Shown here: in pieces, positions 10,771 to 22,317 of the stretch
Layout: each line of letters opens with the position of its first letter
Numbering within the stretch: position 1 is the stretch's first letter
Origin: a virus
Lineage: Duplodnaviria > Caudoviricetes
Direction: 5' to 3' (one strand)
IMG/VR virus record: IMGVR_UViG_2907233695_000001
Span: 32,001-96,000 of that record
DNA: 64,000 nucleotides
Notes under the pieces: model-generated
Database searches by the model: none
What the model saw: the letters and a program-made list of their open reading frames with translations, nothing else
What the model was told of the DNA's origin: nothing
Translations under genes and position numbers: made by a program

Positions 10771-11277
10771 TTATACGGTCTCTCTATTGACATGCTTCCA
10801 TGTTATCCCTAGTCTAATTTTTGATATTGCATCAGCTATTACACCGTACTTCCTTCCTAAATCTGCATTCGTGCTGGATTTATCTTTGAGTATTTCAAGC
10901 ACATGCTCTTCGGTTAATTTAGAAGTGTGTACCTTTTCTCCTTTTGCTTGTCTATTTCTTTCAACTTTATCACGCACATTGTCTCCTTGCGTTCCCAATA
11001 TTAAGTGTTCTGGGTTAATACATTTTGGATTATCGCAAGTGTGCCTTACCACCAACCCTTCTGGAACTTCGCCAAATAATTCATTGTAAATGAATTTGTG
11101 CATTACGGAAACTTTTTTGTCGAACCAATACCTTATATGACCGCCGCTTTCTTCACTGCTGGCGTAATGTGAAGTACAAACAAAACACCCATTGTCATCA
11201 ATGATAAATTCTATGGGTTTCCTCTTAAAACGACCATCATCTTTCATTTTCCCTTTATTTTCTTGATTATTTTCCAT
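10771..11277 (-). CDS. HNH homing endonuclease
   Basis: VVRHTCDNPKCINPEHLILGTQGDNVRD plus C-terminal HTH. Confidence 0.9.
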   Translation of the reverse strand: MENNQENKGKMKDDGRFKRKPIEFIIDDNGCFVCTSHYASSEESGGHIRYWFDKKVSVMHKFIYNELFGEVPEGLVVRHTCDNPKCINPEHLILGTQGDNVRDKVERNRQAKGEKVHTSKLTEEHVLEILKDKSSTNADLGRKYGVIADAISKIRLGITWKHVNRETV

Positions 11278-11563
11278 ATTCCTGAAATATATCTCTCCTA
11301 CCTTTTTTATAATCTTGTAGTGGATCATCAACTTTTTTACCCCACTTAAACTTACCAGAATGGTCACAGACGGACTTTCTTGACTCAACACGGTAGTCAG
11401 TGCCTTCTGGGAGGATATCAGTCCAATATGTATCTCCTAGCTCTTCAAGCAATTCCACAAATTTATGCTGCCAATCTTCAGGCATGGATTGTAATACACT
11501 TCGAGGAATGGTTAAGTATTGAGCATATGTAAGGCCAAACCACAAATGGATGTCTTTCTTCAT
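11267..11563 (-). CDS. Hypothetical phage protein (target of HNH insertion)
   Basis: 98-aa ORF; its 3' end is duplicated downstream of the HNH gene. Confidence 0.75.
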   Translation of the reverse strand: MKKDIHLWFGLTYAQYLTIPRSVLQSMPEDWQHKFVELLEELGDTYWTDILPEGTDYRVESRKSVCDHSGKFKWGKKVDDPLQDYKKGRRDIFQEYGK

Positions 11564-12567
11564 TCAATAAGCATTCCTTTGCAATCTCATCGAATTACGT
11601 GTTGCTTCCAATACCTGTATAACAACATCTAATGATTTAATGTCATCGAATTTCATAACCACATGTGTATCAAAACTGTCTAATGTTTGTCCTTTTGACT
11701 CCTCCCACTCTGATCCAATTTCTCTTGGTTGCGACAGTATAAAAGCAACACCTTCTGTACGCCCATTATCATCTTGGATGTCTCCGACAAATATATCTCC
11801 ATAACCAAAATGCAAACACTTTATATTGTCCCTAGTGACGATTGGCATCTTTGCCCTCCTTATAAAAACCAAATTTCCTTAGCTTTTAATTTATTTCGCA
11901 GAGTCCTCAAACAGCTTAATTTCCTCTAGTATTTCTTCAAAAGCTACCCTTGCCAGATCGATTGGGTCATCCATTCTCCAACTCCTTTGAGTGATAGTTG
12001 CAATGTAATTTAATTTCCGTTTTGTCAGTTCAACTAACTCCCAAGCCTTCTTCTCACTATCAATTAGACTGTAAATTTCCTTTTTGTCTAATCTCACATA
12101 TCCATCATAATCAGCGTATTGCAAAGCAAGGTCTTTTTCGTTATCGTTCATTGTGCTATCCCCTCCTAAAATTTCCCCTTGAAAACGTCATTTTATTGGA
12201 AATATGCTTTAGAAAAACCCTTATATATCAAGGGTTTTTCAACTGGTACTTAACCTTAATCCTGCCCCAATCCCAATCAGATGAGAAATCAACATATTTA
12301 ATCTTCTCAGAGTTCTCTCTGATCCATTTATGCATTAAATCAATTGCTTCGTTGTGTGTTTTCCCTTCAAATGTTTTAAATAGCATTATGTATTTTGATC
12401 ATAACTCCTCAGTCCTTGTAAATTGATTGGAAGATAATATTCTGGGTTAGTATCCTGCTTTTTAATTTCCTTCTGATGCTGCCATTTTGATTTATTATTG
12501 AAATACGGTTTATATTTACTTTTTTCACTTTTAAATATTGTGGTCAACTTATCAACCTCCAAAAAGT

Positions 12568-13137
12568 TTAATTCTTATCAACCATTCGCTGACCTAAGAG
12601 GCCATAACCTGTAATATCGAGATAACAATTCTCATCCATCAAATCTGTTTCAGGATTATTAAAAATCCTGTTCTGTTTATCTATTACTCTGACCATCAAC
12701 AATAAATGTTTCAACAATGCATCAGAAATTGTATAAGTTCCATCTTCATTACGCCATTTCTCCAAGAAAATCTGCATCAATCTATAACTCTTTTCAACAC
12801 TATCACCATAAGCCAATTGTTTCTTATCAACCAGTTGACCAATGTTAAGTCCCATTTGCTCAAAGTATCCTGCTTGAACTGGCTCTTCCGATGGATAATT
12901 AAGTGGGATATCGCTTTCATATGCTTGAATAATTTCTTCTTCTGACACAGGGAAATCTTTGCCGTTCTCAAAAACAATAGTAAGATATAGTTGACTGCCA
13001 CTTGGAATCTGCTCGACTACGGCTACTCGATTGGTATAATACTTGATGTCATCAGCATGTTCTGGTTCATGTTGCTTAAAAAAAATATCCAGCCCTCGCT
13101 TATTAAACTTGACCTTATCACCAATTTTAAATTTCAT
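12568..13137 (-). CDS. Protein with C-terminal nucleotide-modification-associated (DUF1599/Nmad1-like) domain
   Basis: KKQLAYGDS...RVIDKQNRI...DITGY pattern. Confidence 0.5.
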   Translation of the reverse strand: MKFKIGDKVKFNKRGLDIFFKQHEPEHADDIKYYTNRVAVVEQIPSGSQLYLTIVFENGKDFPVSEEEIIQAYESDIPLNYPSEEPVQAGYFEQMGLNIGQLVDKKQLAYGDSVEKSYRLMQIFLEKWRNEDGTYTISDALLKHLLLMVRVIDKQNRIFNNPETDLMDENCYLDITGYGLLGQRMVDKN

Positions 13138-13418
13138 TGCTTCTCTCTCGCCTTTCTGAGTCTGTCTGCTGCTGCTTGACGTTGTTCGTCACTCATTGGT
13201 TTGCGCTTGCTCACTGACCGGAATGAAACTTGACTAAAAGGAATATCCTTGTACCAATGCATTCCATCGTCAGTGACTTTATAAGGCTCAAGATTAGACT
13301 TCTTCAACTTTGTAATGACTGTTGGCTGACAACTTGTAATAGTCCAAGTTTTGCTTTCATCATCACACTGTAAAACAGTTTCACGTTCTGCTGGTGTATA
13401 ACTCATCCATTTTCTCCT

Positions 13419-14078
13419 TTAGTCATTACTAACTTTTACTTTCACGTGTTTCAATAAATCTTCGTTCTGCCATCCAGAACGTAATCGACTTCTAATCACA
13501 CCTGACGCAATTCCGCTTTCTTGAGACCATTCGCCAACTGTTTTTGTAACATTATTGATTTTCACATAAATTGTATTATTTTTATTATTCGCTTGAACTA
13601 TCTTTGTCGCCCATCTGCAATTACTCGGTTCATAGTTTCCGTCAGATTCAATTCGATCAATAGTTAGATTTTCGCTATACCCATTTTCCATAGACCATTT
13701 AAAGAAATTAGGGAAGCCATTATTTTCGTCGCTCCAATCGTCACAAACAGTAATCCCTTTTTCTCCATACCACTTAAACTCTCGGCAGTTCTCATTAAAG
13801 CAACGACGATTCATATCGTTCCATATCGTATAAATCCTTTTACTCTGCAACCTGATATCATATTTACGATTTACATTGGAGGCTAACTCTTTCTGAAAAC
13901 AACCGCAACTTGTAGAATCTCCTGTTTTTAGGACTGAACTACTGAGGGGTTTTTGAGTTTTGCTATCACAACTGCATTCGCATAACCACATCGCTCTACC
14001 TACTTTATTGTTCTCTACCCTTTTTAGTACAGTCCATCTTCCAAATTTACGTCCCGTTAAATCGTCAACAGTTGCCAC
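13419..14078 (-). CDS. HNH-type homing endonuclease
   Basis: DLTGRKFGRWTV...WLCECSC; TIDRIESDGNYEPSNCRWAT. Confidence 0.85.
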   Translation of the reverse strand: MATVDDLTGRKFGRWTVLKRVENNKVGRAMWLCECSCDSKTQKPLSSSVLKTGDSTSCGCFQKELASNVNRKYDIRLQSKRIYTIWNDMNRRCFNENCREFKWYGEKGITVCDDWSDENNGFPNFFKWSMENGYSENLTIDRIESDGNYEPSNCRWATKIVQANNKNNTIYVKINNVTKTVGEWSQESGIASGVIRSRLRSGWQNEDLLKHVKVKVSND

Positions 14079-14762
14079 CTATCCACCCCTTTCAAATTCA
14101 GACTTGTACTCTTTTACTGTTTTCAAATATTCATTATTACGTTTGTTTATTATGTATTTTTTACTTCCTTCAATCCCATGATGGAAACTTAAGATTGTCA
14201 TATCAAACACTTGTTCTTCTGACATCCATTTGCTTCTCCAATAGTCCCTAAGGTAAGATAACAACCAAATTGTCATATCAATATTCGTTTTAGGGTCAAG
14301 TAGGTTGTATTTCTTGAGTCCCATTTCAGAAGCAATCCATCCAACCGTGTTAGGTTGATGCAGTTGGAATAGACCATAATCGTCAGTGCTGCTTATAGAT
14401 TTATAGTCAAACTTGGATTCTGTATTCGCAAGTGCTAACAGCATCTCGTATGAGAAATTAGATTTATTTGAACACTCCCAAAGGTATTGCTGAACTTCTT
14501 CTGGAAGAGGAACATCTAATTGTGGACGTTTAGGCTTAACTTGTTCAACCGGAATTGGAACTATTGGATTAACTTCTTCTGCAACTTTAATTGCTGTTGC
14601 TAGATGATGAATGTTATTTTTAAAATTATCTTCAGCCATTTGCGACTGGTAAACGGGTTTTAAGGTGTCTGTTTTCGCTTCTCCTGCGCTTAAACTCCCT
14701 GCTGTGAGTAAGACACTGCTCACCAAAGCAAGTGCGAGAGAGTGCTTTGTAATCGGCTTCAT
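14079..14762 (-). CDS. Secreted lytic transglycosylase (SLT domain)
   Basis: Signal peptide; TESKF, YGLFQL, FHHG motifs. Confidence 0.8.
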   Translation of the reverse strand: MKPITKHSLALALVSSVLLTAGSLSAGEAKTDTLKPVYQSQMAEDNFKNNIHHLATAIKVAEEVNPIVPIPVEQVKPKRPQLDVPLPEEVQQYLWECSNKSNFSYEMLLALANTESKFDYKSISSTDDYGLFQLHQPNTVGWIASEMGLKKYNLLDPKTNIDMTIWLLSYLRDYWRSKWMSEEQVFDMTILSFHHGIEGSKKYIINKRNNEYLKTVKEYKSEFERGG

Positions 14763-15108
14763 TTGTCATCTCCTGTTGTGTATATTGGTGAAAATGCTCT
14801 CTAGAACTTTCTGTTTGGATTATTCTAGAGAGCGTGGATCGAACGTTGTTATATGTATTATTCAGTTTTATTCTGCAAGCGTGAAATCAACGTAATACTC
14901 TTTGCCCTCTTCAAATTGTTCTTGCGCTTTCTCGTTATCAACGCTCATCTGAATTTGACCAAATGGCGTATATTTCCAAAATTGCTCATTCTCTTCTGAT
15001 CCAGAAATTACAGCCTCTAAGCGTACACTATTTCCTTCTTTAAAAGCGCACTTGAATTTTGCTCTCACCATGTTTCTTCACCTCACTTTTTCATTTAAAA
15101 TAATTCTT

Positions 15109-16080
15109 TTATAGGGATTTCGTGTACTCATACATTGCTTGCAGAGTTTTTTCATCCTTAACATCTTTATACTTAGCAGTCTTAAACTTATCCGTCAATC
15201 CTTTAGCGAGTTCTTTCTTCTGATCCTGAGACAGAGTTGCAATAATGGTATCGATTTTAGAAATCAATTCATCAACTTTATTGCCTTCAGGATTACTCAA
15301 ACTTTCTGCTTCTGCATTTAGAGTCTCATCGAAGTTTTTAATTTCTTCTTTGGTAATCTTTCTGCCAGTTTGAGCCTTTGCAATAGCTGCTTTCCAATGA
15401 TTGTAATTTGGCATTTCTACGATATCGCCAATGTTAAATGTTTTAGTACGATCCTTTTCAACTTTTCCAAAAGACTTTCCATCTTTAGTATAAGTTTGAA
15501 CAACAACATCGAAATCAAATTTACTACCCTTTGGAAGATTCGGCTTCACTCCAACTTTAACACTAATTTGATTACCTTGAGCGTCTGTACGGCTCTCAGT
15601 TTCATCACTGGCTTCAGCAACATAGGATAGATTTTTACCCATCTTCACATATGTTAGAAGCTTTGCAAAGAATCTGTCATAGTGCAGACCCATTACACCG
15701 TATTCCTTAAACGAAAGCCCTTCGCCTTCAAGAAGACGATTAGATTTTCTAGCACGTTGTTCAACCACTTTTAGAGCAGCATGTTTCATGTTCTCATGAT
15801 AGCGAGTAGCACTATCAATATTGATCGTTTCTACTTGATTGAACAGTTCTTCATCACTTTCAAAATCGTCTAGATCATCATTCATTTCTTTAAAGACAAG
15901 AGTATTGGACTCCATCAAAATGTTGTCATTATACTCTTCGTAAAACTTAGTCCCACCATCACTATCAAACAATAGTTGATTAGGGAAGGAAAGACCAGTT
16001 GGAGTCTTCCCTGTCGCAGATTCACCGTACCAAAGAAATGTTACACCTTCACGTTTTTTCTCGCGTTTTTGCAATGCCAT
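15109..16080 (-). CDS. Sak4/AAA_24-like ATPase (YorG-like)
   Basis: YGESATGKT, FDSDGG, INIDS, EKDRT. Confidence 0.8.
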   Translation of the reverse strand: MALQKREKKREGVTFLWYGESATGKTPTGLSFPNQLLFDSDGGTKFYEEYNDNILMESNTLVFKEMNDDLDDFESDEELFNQVETINIDSATRYHENMKHAALKVVEQRARKSNRLLEGEGLSFKEYGVMGLHYDRFFAKLLTYVKMGKNLSYVAEASDETESRTDAQGNQISVKVGVKPNLPKGSKFDFDVVVQTYTKDGKSFGKVEKDRTKTFNIGDIVEMPNYNHWKAAIAKAQTGRKITKEEIKNFDETLNAEAESLSNPEGNKVDELISKIDTIIATLSQDQKKELAKGLTDKFKTAKYKDVKDEKTLQAMYEYTKSL

Positions 16081-16145
16081 TTAAAATAATCCTCCTAATA
16101 TTTTATATTTTACTTAATTAGACTCACTATTTTTACTTATTTGGT

Positions 16146-17129
16146 TCAGAAGGGAAGGTCGCTGTCCTCGATGTCTAGAGCGTTCGATTGTTCAAATGGA
16201 TTATCTACAATGAAGTCATCTTCTTTGTACACTTTTGCCGTATGACTCATTACATTGGTAATCTGCAATTCATTAATCTTGTTTCGAATTGCTTTTTTGC
16301 CTTGTCCTGTTGGAGTCTCGCCACCCCAATTCAATTCTGGCTCTTCCTCTACTTCCGCTAACTCAACTCCACTGCGAATGACACCTTGGACTTTCAACAA
16401 ATCGCCAAATTTTGTTTTCTTATATACATTGTTTGCAAGTGTCTCATACTTGTTAGCATCAACAACGAAAGTGATATCTTTCCATGTTTTATCCCAACCA
16501 ATGATACGAGCACCGACATAAAGCTTTCTTGCTTCTTTGTCTAACTGGTGTTCTGTTACTACAAATTCTTGCTCAAAAGATGCTACTTCTTTGAAGTTAT
16601 CAGCGTCAAAGTCCATCTCGTCTTTCAAACCAATTCTTGCAATTGTGTATTTTACATTTGTTTTTGTTTCACCGTTTGATTCATATGTATTAATGTTAAA
16701 TTCTCCATCGATCCAAACAGGAGTATCGTTATGTAGATTATCCTTGATTGCTTTAACGCCATCATAGTTAAAGTAATTTTTCATTTTCAGTCTGCCATTC
16801 TCTTGTTCAAATCCTGTTCCCACTGTGCCAAATCCGAAACAAGTAAATCCATCTGGCATCTGATCACGTTCATCAAAATCAATCTCCATCTGCTGCTTGT
16901 TGCCATTTTTATTGGAGAAGATTTTAACTTTCTTATTAGGCACTTGACCAAATAGGTCGATGTTATAAATAGTGTTCGTTGGAGAAGTTTTTACTGATGT
17001 GCTGATGCTACGATATGGTTGACCTTCGCCATTCTTTGTTCTACCTTCGCGGTAAGCACCTTCAGCTTCCAGACCTTGAATCTTACCTTCAATTCGAATC
17101 TTACCAACTGTTTGTTTCAACTCTGCCAT
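16146..17129 (-). CDS. Single-stranded DNA-binding-like protein (YorF-like)
   Basis: Beta-rich sequence with acidic C-terminal tail DIEDSDLPF; next to the Sak4-like gene. Confidence 0.7.
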   Translation of the reverse strand: MAELKQTVGKIRIEGKIQGLEAEGAYREGRTKNGEGQPYRSISTSVKTSPTNTIYNIDLFGQVPNKKVKIFSNKNGNKQQMEIDFDERDQMPDGFTCFGFGTVGTGFEQENGRLKMKNYFNYDGVKAIKDNLHNDTPVWIDGEFNINTYESNGETKTNVKYTIARIGLKDEMDFDADNFKEVASFEQEFVVTEHQLDKEARKLYVGARIIGWDKTWKDITFVVDANKYETLANNVYKKTKFGDLLKVQGVIRSGVELAEVEEEPELNWGGETPTGQGKKAIRNKINELQITNVMSHTAKVYKEDDFIVDNPFEQSNALDIEDSDLPF

Positions 17130-17333
17130 TATGTATTCAATCTCCCTTATTTATATTATAGTTTATTATTATTTTATGTTTGTTTTAAGGGAGTCTTTCT
17201 GGTGGCGATCGACTAGCTGCTATGCTTTATCACCTACTTTCAATCAACCATTCCTTTCTGTTTAAGATGATTTCTCATCTATGTTATCAGGCTTTTGGCC
17301 TGTTGTTTTATTGGCGTTCCTCATTGCTTCCTT

Positions 17334-17362
17334 ATAATACACCCATATCCAAAGCTTGGCAA
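17334..17362 (-). promoter_or_regulatory. SigA promoter for the SSB/replication operon
   Basis: TTGCCA-17-TATTAT on minus strand. Confidence 0.6.
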
Positions 17363-17714
17363 TATTTTTTATACATTATTTTTCGTTTTTTATTTAATTA
17401 TTCTCCGAGGAATTTACACCATGAAACATGAAATTCATTTGGTTATGATCTTAACGATATCTCCGCAATGCAACTTTACCAATCAATTGAAGATTGCTGC
17501 TTTTACATGGTAATTTAAAACCATACCAATCATCAGCACCTATGTATGATCCTCTAGGACAGACATAAACTAAATAATAATTACTTCTAAAAAGCCAATA
17601 TCTCCACGTGTCGATTGTAATCAGATAATTATCTATATAAAACTGATGCGTTTCTCCTGCTGGAGTGTTGAACAATAAATATCAACTCCCAAGGAAATCT
17701 CAATTTCTTTGGTT

Positions 17715-18365
17715 TTAATCTATATGTATGTAGCAATCGCCATTTAGCCATTTATTTATCTTCAGAAGTCTCTCGTATGTAAAAAAAGGATTATGTTCAT
17801 TGTACCACTCATCTAAATCAAATTCCCACTTTTGACTATTGCAATTCTTACATGATGGAATACAATTACTCAGATCGTTCGCACCATTATCATCAACATG
17901 TTCTTTATGTAGATCAGTCCATTTGAACTCGCCAGCATATTTTATAAAGTGTTCACTTATATGCAAACCACAATATGCACACGAATCATCAAAGTACAAC
18001 TTGCATTTAGTCCATTCTTCTTTGCTAATTATATGTTTCTTTGCTTTTCTCCTTTCACGGCTCTTTTTATGTGCCAGTTTACCTCTTTCTGATTGCTGCC
18101 ATTCTTTATGTCTTCCATCCTTCAATCTACGTTTAGAACTTAATCGAGTAGATACTACTTGATTTTCAGGTCTATTCGCGTTATGTTTTTCTTTTAACTT
18201 TTTGTACTGTTCTGGATTCTCCTTTTGCCAAAGTTTCGATTTTTTAATAGTACATTCCTTGCAATAAGCATTATATCCATCCATTTTGTTTTGTTTATTT
18301 TTATAATAATATTCGCTGTTACAAGGAAACCATTGTAAACATGTATTACAAAGTTTATATTCCAC
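17715..18365 (-). CDS. HNH endonuclease
   Basis: CAYCG...EHVDDNGANDLSNCIPSCKNCNSQK. Confidence 0.85.
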   Translation of the reverse strand: MEYKLCNTCLQWFPCNSEYYYKNKQNKMDGYNAYCKECTIKKSKLWQKENPEQYKKLKEKHNANRPENQVVSTRLSSKRRLKDGRHKEWQQSERGKLAHKKSRERRKAKKHIISKEEWTKCKLYFDDSCAYCGLHISEHFIKYAGEFKWTDLHKEHVDDNGANDLSNCIPSCKNCNSQKWEFDLDEWYNEHNPFFTYERLLKINKWLNGDCYIHID

Positions 18366-18433
18366 ACCTTCTACTAGTTTATGACACTCCTCATATTTCA
18401 GCGGCTTTTTCTTTTCACTTATAATCCATCACA

Positions 18434-21400
18434 CCTTTCCCGATAAATCTTCGAATTTATCCCCAAATAAAGTATCCAATTCCGATTCCAACACCCAAGC
18501 AAAGCAGCGGTAAAACAATACAATAAAACAGGATAGCGTTTGCCATATCGTTCAAAAGACTATTCAACGTTTTCCTCCTTACACCTGAGCAACTTTTGCG
18601 TCTTTTTCAAAAAACTTTGGATCATAATTTTCCAAAACTTCCTTAACTGCCTCTTCGTAATTCCACTTATTAATAATCAAAGTTCTTTCTTTATTTGTAA
18701 AGACAAACATTTCTTAAATCACCTCTTCACTATGTATATACTTAGGCAGTTCCTCTAACTCTTCACATCTTAAACACTCGATATAAGGCTCAAAATGAAT
18801 ATCAACATTGACTCTCCCTTTGCCATGTCCACATTTCAAACATTTAAAAGTTATTTTAATCATTCTTCAATTATCTCTACTGTAATTCGTACCTTCATTG
18901 TCTTTACGCTTTGCAGTAGGTCACACAGTGTATCTGCTGGATAAATCCCTCGTTCTGCATCTTCCTTTGTATCAAAGATGCCCAAATCATCGTAATTTCC
19001 ACCAAGCCAACCCTCGATAATCAATATATCACCTCACGAAAGATTCATTTTATCGAACCTGAGTAATTGTGACATCAAACGACACATCGAACTCACCATT
19101 ATCATAATAGCCATTAAAAATTTCAATTAAGTGGCATTTTGAGCACTTTGCGTACCCCAACGAATCAATGTATCCATTCGATATATGATCATCAGAGCAG
19201 GAAGTTCGGCTATGATTAAGTAAACTTAAAATAATATCTCTATATTGTTCCAGACCATCAATTTTTTCTTTAACAATTTTTCTTTTCTTCTTCATTTCTT
19301 GTTCTTTTATTGCGTTCTTTCTTGATTCCAACTCATTTTGCAGCTTCTCGATTTCTTCAATCGACATCGAATTAATGTCCTTTTCCATCCTTACCTCCCG
19401 TTGAAAGATGACTCTGTTTTCGCTCTACATTTTAAGCAAAAGGTGTAACCATCAAAATTCAATTTTTCTGCATCGTGCTTTGCAAATCTCATCAAAATAA
19501 ACGCTATACCACCATCTATTAATCCTTTTGGAGTTTAATTTGAAATGATGCTGAATATACTGTTCTTTTCTTATATTGTTGAACACGAAATCTCTTACAG
19601 TGATTTTCAATCCAACTTCAATAGGAATTACTCGATATGCGTTATCCATTCACACCATCCACCATCCTGTTGAAAGACTCGATTTATCTTAAATTTCTTA
19701 ACTTCTCCAGAGTTTCAATCATAATCATTTTTGCCTCTTTATATTTCAATGGACTAAAATCTCTCGATGATTCGTCGCTATAGTTCCACAAAGCTCTGCA
19801 CATTATTGTAGCCAAATCCCAATCATCATCCATATTTATATATGAAGCAGGAGGCTCTAACTCCTTAAATTTATTTAACTCTTCGTCAGACGGAAGTTCT
19901 CCATAATATTCGATTTCAAACCACATGCTAATCACTCCTGTTAAAAGAATTGTTTTAACGTAAAATTTCAAAATACTTACCATCAATAACTGGTTCAAAC
20001 TCTCTACCGTTATCATCTATAATACAGAATTCTCCGTCTTCATTCATATGCATTTCATAGACTCTACCTGCGGTTGTCATTCGATAACCTAGAATATTAA
20101 GATTTCTAATACAAATGACTTTCATACCCCTATTACCACCTTATGAAAGTATTATTTCAAGCGAAAACAAATTGACTTGTTACAGGATTATAGTTCCTAA
20201 AGTAGCCAGATTTGCATCAAGTCCAGTCATTTTTCTGTCTTGCTCATGACAAACTTTCTTTAATTCCTCAATTAATCTCTGCGCTGTTAAGGCACGATCC
20301 TTTAAATGTTGCTGCATCAGTTCTTTCATTCCGACATCTCCTCACGAAATATTTGTTTTATCTGTAGTATCGGCAGATTCTTTGAAAATTACATCGAAAT
20401 CCTTGCTTGATAGTTTCTTCAATAATTTGATGTGTTCTTTTGTCCAACCGTTTACTTCAAGCAATTCTGCTTCAAGAAGATGGTCAACCGCTTCCTTAAC
20501 CAAATCCTCAACCTTGACATCCATCTATATATCACCCTCTACTTATCTTCGAATTTCTTAATAATCTCTTCTGCTTCTTCTTCAGTACCGACCTTTTCAA
20601 CGAACATAGCCCAATTTTCTTCAATAAATTCTTTAATCATTACCTTTTCGTAAAACTCCAACTCATTCATATCTGAATCTCTCCCTTAATAAAATTATCT
20701 TTTCATTACCTAATCTTCGATTCTTGACCAAGAACAATTAATCTTCTCATGTAACCATTTATCATAATGGTCTTCGATCAAAGACTCTGCCTCTTGTTCA
20801 CTCAAACCGTCAAAATCTTCATCATCAATCTCATATATATCTTCTCGTTTACTTCCTGCATATCCAGTGCTAACACTAAAAATTTAGCCATATCTCAATC
20901 CCAACCCCTCTGTTATTTGAATGAACTTAACCTTTCATCACTCTTTACATTCATCGCAAACTTCACGGTGGTGTCCACAATCCAAACAAGGTTTTCCAAC
21001 ATTCCCACAGTGAAAATGGTAACTAGTAACTGTCCCATCGTTCTCCATGCGATTTAGAGAAGCATGTTCAAAAGGGATTTCATAATTACATTTCCCACAT
21101 CTGTTTTCCATTTTAATTACACACCCCTTCGAAATATCTATTTTATTCGCTTATAATAGTCTTGATTCGTCTCAACTGATCCAACGTCAAATCAATCTTT
21201 CCTAAAGTATCAAATACTTTTCTTATCTCCCATTGCAATTTGCTAACTTCCTCTTCGTCTAGAATTTCCTGCTTAGAAAAGTACAACTGCCAATCTGCAA
21301 TATACCCTCCCATTTTCTGCTGCTTGTCTTCGATTCTAAACTTAAGTGGCCTTAAACCATCGCCCACCTCAAAATACTTCCTGCCAACCTTAGATATGAT

Positions 21401-21833
21401 ATCCTCTCTAATATATACTTCTTTTCGACCTCTGGCATTATTCCCAACGGCCTTCAGATATACTTTGTCTCCAACTTGCACCTTTATCACTTCCTCATGA
21501 AATTTCGGTTTCATCATCCACAACCTTATCACCAGAAACAGATGATGAAACCGAACAACAACTTTAGATTTCTTCTAGTGCTCCAGCACCCTGTAATTCG
21601 TTTACTCTAATTGGAATAGCATTGCCCTTTAGCCCAACCCCATCATCACAGATCATCTCTAAATTCACTTGCTGTCTTGTGCCTAGCAATAGGCTAGTCA
21701 ATTCATTTTGTGCGCCATCAATGCCCACAGTCCAAAATTTCATTCCATTACCACTAGTAGTTACGGTTATAAATCCAACTTCGAAGGATAATTCTCTTCC
21801 ATCAACTTTGATCGACGATAATTTCTTTTGCAT
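18434..21833 (-). other. Array of small co-oriented accessory genes
   Basis: About 12 short ORFs (e.g. 19050-19388, 20342-20524, 21143-21481, 21564-21833) with junction motifs. Confidence 0.7.
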
Positions 21834-21901
21834 TCTGTTGGCCTCCTAGAATAAAGTAACCATTTCGTGCCGTTATGTATCCAATTACTTCCTGTATTTA
21901 G

Positions 21902-21931
21902 AATATAACATACATAAAAAATATAAGTCAA
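21902..21931 (-). promoter_or_regulatory. SigA promoter at the head of the array
   Basis: TTGACT-18-TATATT with extended TG. Confidence 0.65.
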
Positions 21932-21980
21932 TATATTTTAACGTTTATTTATACATTATTTATTTTGTCAAAATATAAAG

Positions 21981-22001
21981 AAAAGCTGAGTTTCCTCAGC
22001 T
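21981..22001 (-). terminator. Intrinsic terminator ending the agr/LytTR region
   Basis: AGCTGAG-GAAA-CTCAGCT followed by TTT on minus strand. Confidence 0.7.
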
Positions 22002-22024
22002 CACCTCAATACTACCTACTTTTC

Positions 22025-22297
22025 CTAACTGTTATCGCCAAGTTTCGATTGTATGTAGCGCCTTGTAGTGGCCTCTAATCCCTCTGGATTGAAGTCACCA
22101 TCGTAATGGTCGATCCAGAAGATTAGATCGCTGTCAGAACAAACAGAAGAGTCAATGATTTTATATAGACCAGACTCTTTGGATAAGCCACAAACAAACT
22201 CCAGCCAAATCATAAAAAACTGTCTACCTCTATCCCAATTTTCAAGATAAAAATCATAATCAAAGTTTTGTTTATCTAATCTGGCTGCATGTGGCAT
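22025..22297 (-). CDS. Hypothetical protein, last gene after LytTR-2
   Basis: 90-aa ORF, RBS AAGGGG. Confidence 0.65.
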   Translation of the reverse strand: MPHAARLDKQNFDYDFYLENWDRGRQFFMIWLEFVCGLSKESGLYKIIDSSVCSDSDLIFWIDHYDGDFNPEGLEATTRRYIQSKLGDNS

Positions 22298-22317
22298 AAA
22301 TTTTTCCCCTTTAGTTA

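Larger units (their letters stand above)
5489..15071 (-). other. Array of small co-oriented accessory genes
   Basis: More than 25 short minus-strand ORFs with RBSs, many bounded by the TRAAA-N6-TTTYA junction motif. Confidence 0.8.
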
